In this document: piece after piece, positions 53,783-64,000 of the stretch
Numbering within the stretch: the first letter of the stretch is position 1
Layout of the letters: each line of letters opens with the position of its first letter
Origin: Blasia pusilla
Lineage: Eukaryota
Length of the DNA: 64,000 nucleotides
Direction of reading: 5' to 3'
NCBI GenBank assembly: GCA_050084515.1
Contig: CM114271.1
Coordinates: forward strand, 3,410,001 to 3,474,000
Translations under genes and position numbers: made by a program
The notes under the pieces: generated by a model
The model's database searches: none
The model's input: only the letters and a program-made list of their open reading frames with translations
What the model was told of the DNA's origin: nothing

Positions 53783-54865
53783 ATCAAATGTACAGTTCCG
53801 AGCTTCTTTCAAATGTAATAAAGAAAAATATTTTTTCGAACGATGATGGTGTTTGTAAAAGTTTGTTGAATATCTTTTTTGGTCTTGTCAAATGTGATAG
53901 TATATGTACTCCGAGGACTTCTATTTTGCAACCCGCCGGATTTCCCCGGCTTGCAACTTTTCACTTTTTGATCACCATACCTTTTTAACCACTTCGAGGC
54001 AACCTATCGGATTTCGATAAGTTGGCTGCATGAGTGATCGGACTCTTTTGGACTCTTTACAGCCATTCTGGCAGGCTTCTTCACTTTGGTACCTTCTTCT
54101 AGTATCGTCAAACAAGGCGTAGGCTTCATCTCTTCTCTAAGACATGTTGGATTCCTACTACATGTGGGATTGCCATCATGGTATTTCCAAGGACGGAACA
54201 CATATTGATACTGGATGGGTGTCACATTGCAGAGCGGACAAGATATACTGCCAAAGAAGGCGGTGGAACTCAAATTAGGTTACATGGGACCGTTATGGTG
54301 TACCTAGGGGAGGGCCAAGGCTCTCGAATTCGCCAACATTTTCGATCCCCGTCTACAATCGGCCAGAGGAGCCACTTATATCCTAGGACATTCCTTTTGT
54401 ACAGGAACCTAGGAGAGTTAGGAGTAAATTTGTAGATGACGAGGCTGAAGAAATCATAGACTAGATCAAATGTACATTTCCGAGATTCCTTCGGATGAAA
54501 TAAAGGACGAGATTTTTTCAACCGATAATGGTGTTTGTAAAAGTTTGTTCAATATTTCTTTTGGACTTGTGGATTGTGTTCGTCTAGCTATTCAGAATTA
54601 CAATTTTGCACCCCATCGGATTCCGATGTATTGCAATTTTTCATTTTTTGAACATTTCAACTTTTCAACCATTTCCAAGCAAGCTGTCAGATTTCGACAG
54701 GTTGGCTGCTTGAGTGATCGGACTCTTTCCCTGGGAGACCAAATTCTGAGGCATTGTGACGGGCTTCTTCACTTTTGGCTCATTCCCCTAGTATCGTCAA
54801 ACCAGTCTTAGGCTTCTTTCCTTCTCTAAGACGTGCTGGATTCCTATAACCTGTCGGATTGCCAT
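53753..54865 (+). repeat. Diverged direct duplication of about 425 bp (53753-54176 and 54435-54865) covering the last codons and 3' flank of the MTase-like gene
   Basis: Colinear shared blocks GATGACGAGGC, TAGATCAAATGTACA, ATGGTGTTTGTAAAAGTTTGTT, TGAGTGATCGGACTCTTT, CTAGTATCGTCAAAC, GGATTGCCAT. Confidence 0.92.
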
Positions 54866-55720
54866 TTCGGATTCCCAAACAGTTGAATTTTCGTGGGTGC
54901 AGGGTGGAATGGAATTACTTCTCAAAATCTTTCCTTTGTTATGGTGAGCTTGCTTGCAAGGGGTGCAAGCCATCTGATTTGGACGGGTTGCAAGAGTTGG
55001 AACCTGTAAAATTCCGACGGGTTGGGAGGGGTGCAGCTTCTCGGTTTATCAGATTTAGGATCTGAATGAAGGGACATCAATTTCTCTTTACTCCAGACAG
55101 CTAACAATTTTTTGGTTTAATTATCGTCTCCTATGTTCACATTTCACAAAGTTGGTCTTTATTTGAACCTTTCATTGAGATGAGATTGCTACTTCTGGTC
55201 ACATTATTTGCCCATGGTCCTAAAAAAAAAATAGCCCTCGGCACAACTTACTGTAGACTGAGACAGGCAATGTGAAGAAACTTAGGCTCACATGGAGAGT
55301 GATGGAAAAATGTTTGTAGTGGTCTTATGATGTCTACTTATTTTTCGCCCCCTGAGAAAAGGAGGTTTCTTAAGGCCCGAATGTGGACCACTACCTATTC
55401 TCTTCTAAAGATTTCATGAATTTGAAAGCAAACCAAAATTTCAAATATGTCAAAAAGTTTTGAAGAGAGGAGGCAGATTTGGCCCCTTTTTTTTTAAAGA
55501 GACCCTCCTCTCTTCCTCTCTTCCTCTCCTCTCTTCCTCTCTCCTACCAGAATATCAACCCCCCTCTATAGTGCCTACAGCACCCGAAAACCTACGCGGT
55601 CCTCTACCCCTGTCGTCCATCTCGCACGCCCAACTGGTAAGACCACTCAATGTGTACGGTGGATCACTTACACACTCCTCTATATGCTCCCCCTCATCTG
55701 AAGATTACATAGAAGGAGAT

Positions 55721-57872
55721 TGAGGTGGTCTCTTATGTGGAAACCCTCGAAACCTTGCACCACTCCGGTTACCCTTCAGAGCTACTCTCAGGTCCACTAC
55801 CTCGCCTCTCAAAATCCCGAAAGGACGTCGTGATGGCCCTTGTGCCCCTCTCACATGATCACTCTCAATCTTGTGAGTAATCCCTCAATCACTCAAACTA
55901 AACATGCGGTATTCAATCTACACTCTCTCATTGAGATGTGTGTTGTGCGGCAACAAGCAGCGTGGTGCGGAAAATCAACCGATATATCGTCTCATCGACA
56001 AACCATCCTCAACTCTAGACATCCCAAACAGGTCTATGTATCTTAAACCCATACATCATCAATGCTCCTAGCATCAACACAAAACCCAATATCCCAAACA
56101 ACTTCCCAATATCCGAAAATCCCTCACACTTGTAGGGTAAGAGACCATAATGGATAACCTGACAATAATGTCAATGTTGCTCCTCGCCAACTGCAAAAAT
56201 CTCGACCCCAACTCGGTCGTGAAGACAACTCCTCCAATCAGCAAGCTGTACTCCTCTCGTACTGACGCTGCCCAAACCTCCTCGATGTGCGGTGTATGTC
56301 CAATGGTCCGATGTGGCACTAGCGGCACTGAACGGCACGGCACTCGGTGGCATATCCTCCTCAATCAGAAATTCACACGCTCTGCACCTTAGTGAAGGAG
56401 CGGCTTCACGATCGAGACAGTGCGGTGCAGCCACAAGCGGCAGGGTGCGGCAATCGGCGGCATGTTGCGGCTACGGATGTTACAGCATAGTACTCGATCA
56501 TCGTTGAGCAACTACCAATCCCAACATAGCAACATGAAATGAAAACTCAAACACCATAACCGGAGGTCATCTGCCATCACTGGTTGATGACGAAATTGCG
56601 ATGACGGTGGCGGCCAAACCAAAGTACGTGGTGGCGGCGCAAGTCAGAGAATCAACGGTAGTCATGGAAGACCCTCCACTCCGTAATGGAGGCAATGGCA
56701 ACCAAAGGGTAGACAACGACTGAACGCGGCTCTGAGTAGCGCTAGGCGACGGCAACGGCCGATGGTGGATGGTGGACTGTTGACGGTGATGGTGACGGTT
56801 GACCATTGATGGTGATGGTTGACCATTGACCATTGACGGTGACTATGACGGCGCGGCGGCTGGTTTAAGGTTTGAACAATTTAACCCTAAAAATTGCCTC
56901 GCAATGGGAGTTTTGCAAGATTGACCATAACTTTTTGCTCGCAAGTCCAAATTGCACACCGGTTGTTGTACAGTGTGCAAAGCTTCATGATCTATGATAG
57001 CATCAAAAAAGGAGTCAGATATTCCAGTAAAAATTGACATGGACTGTTGTAAAGCCCAATGTCTCTTTCTCTTACACAAAAGTTGGCAACGCTTCCGCGC
57101 TGATTTCTCCCAACGAAAATGTAAAATATGTGAGAAAAAAAATCAGCAAGCTACATGGTGCTTTCGAGAGCACTGGCATGGGGCAACCTGCCCCCATACT
57201 CAATCCCTATAAAAAATTGGGCAGCGCTTCCGCGCGCCACTCTTCCACACGAAAAATCGGCAAAGGAAACATCATAAGTAAGCGACTCTTGCTTTGGTGA
57301 GCACTCCCATGAACCGCTGAACGGGGAATACAATCCCCAACCTACAAAACCAGCGAGTGACCAGCGAGCTATCCCATGAAGCTCTCTCACTCACTCATTC
57401 TTTCTTTGTAAAATAAGATCCAATCTCTCTCACAACACCATAGTTCTCACATGTGAGCACTCTCACATGTCTCTCTCAATGTCAAACCAAACCCACTCTT
57501 CTAATGAGAGGTTTGGGTTACACACACAAGGCAAGCAAGACCATAGCTCCGCCGCCTCAATCCAAGAGGTTCAACAAAGAGAGAATGAGCTCTCAAGCAC
57601 TCTCTTCTTATCCCTCCCCTCTCCCAAGCTCTCTCCATGGTAACCTATGCTCCCAAGTCGACTCCTTGGCTCTTGACTTGATGGAGGAGGTCAAGGGCCA
57701 CTTACCAAAAAATAGAAAGTTGATCACAGACTCAAAATGGTACTTACCTAAAATAGTAAGTTCCTCAATATGGCTCCAAATGAGCCGAAACGAAGGGAAA
57801 ACCTGCTCTCTCAGGTTTCCCGGGGCCTCATCAGGTCATCCTCAACCTACTGAGTCTATCCTCCACTACTCA
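55721..57872 (-). mobile_element. Probable long solo LTR (about 2.15 kb, TGAG...TACTCA) inserted into the gypsy element downstream of gag
   Basis: Non-coding, LTR-like composition; same TACTCA terminus and GCAGCGCTTCCG motif as 61244-62316. Left boundary uncertain (55721, or 55726 which gives TSD TGAGG/TGAAG). Confidence 0.5.
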
Positions 57873-57879
57873 TGAAGGC

Positions 57880-59310
57880 ACTCTACTAGATCTCACCGAT
57901 CTATCCTAAAAGACATTACACGTGAGAGAAGTGCCGACTTTGGTGCTCCCGCTCCATCTCATGTGGCGGGTGGTGATCCTCTACCACTACGTCAAGCAAC
58001 ACCTCCTCGGTCTCTTCCAAGACGACCATCCCCAAGTCCTCAACCTTACTGTGAACGTGTCTCTCGATGAAGGTCAAAACATCTATCCCTAGGGTGACCA
58101 CATCTGTGGCAATAGTCACATTGATAATGTGGCGGGGCCATCCCCTATGGATCCTCTCCTATGTTGTGGGCAATCTCTCTACCTATGAGGCCCACCACAC
58201 GTCCAACAAGACATCATCGGTCCCTGCTGGGCAACATACGTATGCACGAATCGTTGCCTCACAGGCTCACGGTACCCGCCTTGCTCTCTAGGCACACTAG
58301 CCGGCTCCCGTGGTACAGGTGCTCGATGTGGCACCTGTGGGGTAACCATCGATCGTGAACCCGTCGACTCTGGGGAAAATCTAGTATTCACTATCTGCTC
58401 CTCACTCATGTTGAGCTCAATACGCTCAGACAACTCAAAAACCACCTTCAATGTGGGCTTTGCTGTGTGAATCAACACCACATCTCGGACCCTCCTCCGT
58501 AGGTCTTGGTCCAGAAGCCCGCACAAATATTGGATTGACTATGCCTCAATCACTCCATAAGTAGCAATGATCAACCTCCTCATGCGTGTGAATGCATCTC
58601 TCATACTCTCACCTGATTGCCATTGAAAATCCTGTAGACTCTTTAGCTTGTCGGTGCATACGCCCTGGTAGCTCTTCCCCAACTGTCGGAAGAACTCTAT
58701 TGTGGGACTGAAGCTGGGTGGCCCTCTACCACCGGAGGTCTCGGCCTTATTGCCTGTACTACTGTTGTCCTCTCCATCTAGTCTCCGGGTTGATAGTGAG
58801 GATCTCTCTCCTCTCACGATTTCATAGTATGCCTTGCGACCACTAGTGGATACATACCGTGGAGCCCAATACATCCTCCAGGCATCGATCTCTACTAAAC
58901 AGAGCGATAAAAAATCCATGTAATCATCCATCGAAGGACCCTCCAAGTGTTGGAACCACCCCTTCCATGCCATCAAAGGGTTGAACCGTGTCGGGGTCTG
59001 TATCTCCTTGAAGTCCTACCACGTGTAAAATTCATGGATGAAGTCATCTAAGTCGATGGTGCCCTACACCCGAGAAACAATGTATGCCCCGATGGCTCAT
59101 GTCGTCCATCTCCTGCCAAGTGACATTGCCTTCATCTACGATCTTGTCACCAGACCGGTTGTATGGTGATGACGATCCAACTACAGATCGAAGTTGAGGT
59201 GGCTCCTCACTAAAAATCCCTCGATAACTCATCCCACTCCATGTCACACCACCACTACTGCTCAAACTACCCCGTTCTTTCCAACCCTAGAAGAACGCCA
59301 TGATGATCAT
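57880..59310 (-). pseudogene. Ty3/gypsy gag remnant
   Basis: LKSLQDFQWQSGESMRDAFTRMRRL (retrotransposon gag signature), CGLLDQDLRRRV, and zinc knuckle CWTCGGPHR*RDC; in-frame stops. Confidence 0.75.
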
Positions 59311-59799
59311 CTTGTCTCACTCGCTCAAACACTTAGACTCACCCAGAGTCTCTCGTGATCCTCACTAGCACACCTATGCTAATGGTAACTCCGTGATGAC
59401 ACACCCGGTCTCACACACACTCAACACTGGGGCTCACCCTGAGCCTCCCGACTATCTCACCTAATTTCCAACATACTCTCGGGTCATACACTCGACCCCT
59501 ACTCGGCAACCGCCGTACAAACATGCTAAATATGAAAGAAATCTACACTCTTCACCATAAGTGAACCCATCTAGCATGTGCTACTTCCCAACCCAGCACC
59601 CTCATTGACACGAGACAAGTGCGGGAAAAGGGACTCGAATGGGTAACGTGAATACTCCCGCCAATCAACTGCTCCATCAACACTCACTCCTCCATATGGC
59701 TCGGCAACCCCGCAACACAACCATCTCCTCGCACAACAAATGGATCCTCCCATCAACATACGTGGACTACCCATCGATATCATCATACTGACACTCCAT

Positions 59800-60218
59800 C
59801 AGTAACACCCTGTCGTATATTGTCGGTGTAGCTCACCCACCTTGCCGGCAGTCAGCACAGTCCTCCAAAAATAATGTCCGAAAAATCTCAACTATGAAAA
59901 ACTCAGTGCAAGCCCACTCAGCCACGTAGGATCTCCTAAGTACGTAAGCAGCTCCAACCTTGCCTAGCTCTAACCAGGTAACCTGACCACCAGTAGCCCC
60001 TACCACGTCAGTAACACCTCGTCGTAAACTATTAGTGTAGCTCACCCACCTTGCCGGCGTCAGCTCAGTCCTCCGAAAATAATGTCCAGAAAATCTCAAC
60101 TATGAAAAACTCAGTGCAAGCCCCACTCAGCCACGTAGGATATCCTAACTACATAAGCAGCTCCAACCTTGCCTAGCTCTAACCAGGTAACCTGGCCACC
60201 AAGTAGCTCCTACCACGT
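59800..60218. repeat. Two-copy tandem repeat, period 209 bp, in the long 5' leader of the gypsy element
   Basis: Copies start at 59800 and 60009 and are highly similar. Confidence 0.95.
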
Positions 60219-61228
60219 CTGATTCGTCTGACCGCGTTCATCCAACTTACCACATCACTCTACCCAGGTGCGCGTTCCTCTCTTTACTCACAGTTTGTCC
60301 CTGCTTAAGGCACGCAGTCCCATGTGCGCTTCCCTGCCTTTACATGCCCGCGTTGGGGGTCTCTCTACCTTACCCCGTTCTGAACGTGTCCCTATGGACA
60401 CACTCCACTAGTAGCCTTCGAACCTCCACTGCATGTATCTGTCATTAAGACGGCCCGCATGCCGCCCACGTATGTGACTCCCGTTGTGGCTTCACTAGCC
60501 CCACTCCTTCCCAGCTTGGACACGTTGCCCTATGCGGCAGTGTCCCCAACCTCTCTCGAGTCCCGGCTACCCACTTCCGCAACTCCCCGGCCTCAGCTCG
60601 CTCCAGGACCTCACGACTTTTCCTCAGCTTGAAAACACATGCGCAACCTTCCTTAACCTTCCGCACCACCTTGGAGCCATCTCTGTCCGGACCTCATACT
60701 ACCTTCCCTCTTCGCTCTGGCGCGGCTCCCTTTCACACATGCTTCTCTCCAACCCCGCATCTCTCCATCCGTATTACTCCACGCAGATACTGTCCCGTAC
60801 CGCGCAGTTGGTTACGTGCTTCCTAGCCCCCGAACTGTCTCTCTATCTCCCAGGCACGCGCATACATTCGCTCCTCACGACTGGGTAATTGCCCAATCGC
60901 CACTTCCACGACGCTCCTAGTACATGCACAATCCCAACTGCGTGGTAGTTCTGACTGTGCCTTCACTCTTCACTACCCGAATACATAGGCCCAGAACCGC
61001 GGCCCTTTCTTCCTTCGGCGCGCATCCCTATGGACGTGTCTTGCCCCTTACACCTGATTAGACACGACTTGACTCCTCTCCACGCGTCGTGGCTCCCTTA
61101 TGAGCCCGTCTTAACTTTGCCTTATCATAGTGCACCACGGCTCCTTTCTCCCAATTTGCCTGACTCCGTATGATGTCCTTTGTTCTCGCTCAAGCCTCCC
61201 GCCTTTCGACCACAGCCTTACCCAAACC

Positions 61229-62316
61229 CGGCTCTTGATAGACTGAGAACCGAAAACCTTTATTGCGGTTCAGATGGTCGCGTCCGTGGAGGTAAATATC
61301 GCGCCCGTGGAGTAAATGTCCAGAGTCTGGAATGCTTTCCGTAAAATGTTTATGGAAGGTATTCTAATGCTGGCAGTGCGTTTCCGAGTTCGGATACCAC
61401 GACCTCATCATGGATGTGATGTGAGCGAACCGAGCTAACCAACTTTGCCTAGTCTCCACCACGTCCAACTTGTAGTTTAGTTTTAATTTATAAATAAGTC
61501 ACTTGTTTCAACGTCCCTTCCAATTGATAATCCGACAACTTTTTTTTGCGAAAAAAATAAAGGGAGCAATAAATGCTCTGTATTCTCTCTCTATTGTGAG
61601 GGCCCAAACCCTCATGCTCCCGACCTATGCAGCGCTCTAGGCACACAGCCCTATGAGCCAGTGAGTACTTCTAGTACTTAAGACAATGACATCTCCGTTG
61701 CCCCTTTGAGCAGCCCTTTTTTTTCTACAACTTCAATGTCCAAGATGCTCATATGCTCCAAGAATGGCTCTGCTCCTACCTGAGCTCCGTGTGTGTATGG
61801 CTCTGCACTTAGCTTTGACCTTCTCCCTTTACACCATGGAACAAACCCCACACTACACGCCCACTTTCTTGTAAATCTGCACCACCGATATCTAAAAAAA
61901 TGAGCAGCGCTTCCGTGCACGACCCTTTGAACAAAAAATGGACAACCTACACAACTCTAATTCACATACCCTAACTCACACACACCTACAAGAATGGTGC
62001 TCCAACGGCCCAAAATGAGAAAGATGGCTTCAGAAAGCCATCTCTCTCCTATGTGGAAAGAGCCAAAAGGCTCCTCCCCTAAAGATAGCAACCCTCATGG
62101 TAACTTGCGTGCACATGTTACTAAGGGCGGATGACTTGTTGAACAAGTCACCCGGCTATGAAAGACTCCGAAAGGAAATTTGTCGTAAAACAACGTTCCT
62201 GATACAACGGAACTATTCTCAACTCCATCTGACACCTCAAGACGAAGTTATACTCACGATAGTCCACTGGCTCTCTATGCCGTCGCCGTGATAGATCCCT
62301 ACCTAACGGCTACTCA
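61229..62316 (-). mobile_element. 5' LTR (61244-62316, TGAG...CTCA) and degenerate PBS (minus strand TCTATCAAGAGCC) of the gypsy element whose gag is at 57880-59310
   Basis: Terminal inverted TGAG/CTCA; PBS-like sequence adjacent on the gag side; interrupts a copia ORF at 62317. Confidence 0.6.
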
Positions 62317-63310
62317 TATGTGACAGGTGCAATATGTCTTGGATCTACGGGAGAACTTGATTTCTCATGGTGCGCTTGTCGATAATGGCTGCAAATGGGC
62401 ATCGGAGAATGGAGGTCTAAGAGTTTCAAAAGGAGCCTTGATCTTGATGAAGGGCAAGTAGGTTGGAATCTTGTATTGGCTTGAAGGTGAAACCATTGTA
62501 GGTGAAGTTGCAGTAGCATCCACAACAAACGGAGACGTAATAAATATTATATAATTGTGGCACCTACAATTGGGTCATTTGAGCGAACGTGGACCAAGGG
62601 AGCTGTCAAAACATGAGTTGCTCAAAGGAATGAAGTCTTGTAAGTTGGTGTGAGCATTGACTATTTGCAAGACAATGTAGAGTGAGCTTCAATATTAGTG
62701 TACACTGGACAAAGGGAGCTCTAGATTATATACATGTAGATGTCTGGGGTTATGCATCTGTTGCTTCTCAGTCAGGAACCCTATATTATGTCACCTTTGT
62801 GGATGATTATTCTAGAAGGGTGTGGATTTACTTCTTGCAAAATAAATCAGAGGTATTCTCTATCTTCTCATAATGGAAGACAATGGTAGAGAAGCAAAAC
62901 GGTCGAAAGATCAAGCGCATACGATCTAACAATGGTGGAAAGTATTGGTCTAGGTAATTTGAATAATTTTGTAAGAAGGAAGGCATCATCTGTTATTTCA
63001 CCACTCCTGGCACATATCAACAAAATGGAGTGGAAAGGCTGATGAATCATACACTATTGGAGAGAGCACGTAGTATGTTGAGCGCTGCAGGAATCAAGAA
63101 AATCTTATGGGCAAGAGCTGTAAATACATCTTGTTATCTGATAAATCTATCTCCTACTAGTACTATTGGATGTAAAATACCTATAGAGTTGTGGCATGGT
63201 ACTCTTGCAAATTACTCTTTACTTAGAGTGTTTTGATACCTTGCATATGTTCATGTTCAGGAAGATAAGAGGTATAAGTAAGATCCAAAGACTAGAAAGT
63301 GCAGCTTTCT
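62317..63310 (+). mobile_element. Ty1/copia (Tnt1-like) pol fragment: protease end, GAG-pre-integrase, integrase
   Basis: VQYVLDLRENLIS...LWHLQLGHLSERG...LDYIHVDVWG...YYVTFVDDYSRRVWIYFL...QQNGV...TLLERARSML...DPKTRKCSF; stops and frameshifts. Confidence 0.93.
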
Positions 63311-64000
63311 TGTCGTGCGCCTACTCTCCTTGAACGTTAATCTTGTTTGTTGCGGAAGCGTGCGTTCAGTAGGTCACGCTCTCAACGCTGATCTGCATCC
63401 AAACACACACTTTGGTTAGTCGGGTCTTGGATCAATCAGCGGGGTTACTTTGCGAGTTCTCGTCTCGGACTCTCATCAAGCTGAACCTTCCTAGTTTCGC
63501 GGTTTACAACACGGGAAAATCTCGAAAGACTTGGGACAGACTTTCTGGTCGGTTCAAGACGCCTAGCGGTTCCAACTGTCCGATGGACATCCAAAGAGTT
63601 CCTCACCAAGACTCGCACGAAGTGAATCTCGGGTTGGGATCCAAGTGTGGCGTACAAAGTCCACTCCCTTGGATCAGGTTTGGGTTTCGGGTTTCCGCGC
63701 CAAACTCCCGTTCCATCCCGTGCCTCTGAAACGCCGTTTGGCGCCCAAAGTGGGGTTTCGTTTCCCGAGACATCTCGGAGAAGGTCCTCCCTTACTAGTA
63801 CTTCTGGGGATCTCCGAGGTCCCCCTACATTTAGGGAAAGACACCCGGGCCTCTCCAATTGGCCCTCAACCCGATTGCTCTCTCAATCGTTTTCGGCCAA
63901 TATCTCAGCCTGTACTTATGCGTTTGCTGAGATCTTTGATGCGTTGGAAGCGTCTCAAGATCAGCTTTCCAATGCGCCCTTACTTGTCTCAAATGCATCT
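63311..64000. mobile_element. LTR-like insertion beginning TGTCGTGCG, running off the window end
   Basis: Abruptly interrupts the copia integrase at KCSF; same 9-nt terminus as LTR-A at 49648; CpG-rich. Confidence 0.65.

Noticed and set aside
49063-54741. 11-bp inverted match TGGTCTCCCAG/CTGGGAGACCA as TIRs of an MTase-carrying transposon
   Set aside because: The right copy lies inside the duplicated 3' block rather than at a boundary, there is no TSD, and the match is short enough to be chance.

Overview
Eukaryotic nuclear DNA from a land plant, possibly a seed-free lineage (not determinable from sequence alone). The gene-rich left arm holds the 5' half of UTP10/HEATR1 (- strand, runs off the window start), a divergent intronless 343-aa orphan ORF, and a 7-exon mitochondrial ribosomal protein uS15 gene that the ORF track does not resolve. 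Next come a full-length but decayed Ty1/copia element, about 10 kb of AT-rich decayed DNA with two solo LTRs, and a 9-exon UDP-glucose 4-epimerase gene. From about 49 kb there is a nest of LTR-retrotransposon fragments. Inside that nest (50798-53782) is the most unusual feature: a disrupted, intron-containing gene whose C-terminal part has the motif order of a bacterial/phage-type beta-class N6-adenine/N4-cytosine DNA methyltransferase, fused to a long unknown N-terminal region. Its intron and 3' flank are studded with a recurrent CpG-rich palindrome. All calls come from reading the sequence by eye; no database search was run.
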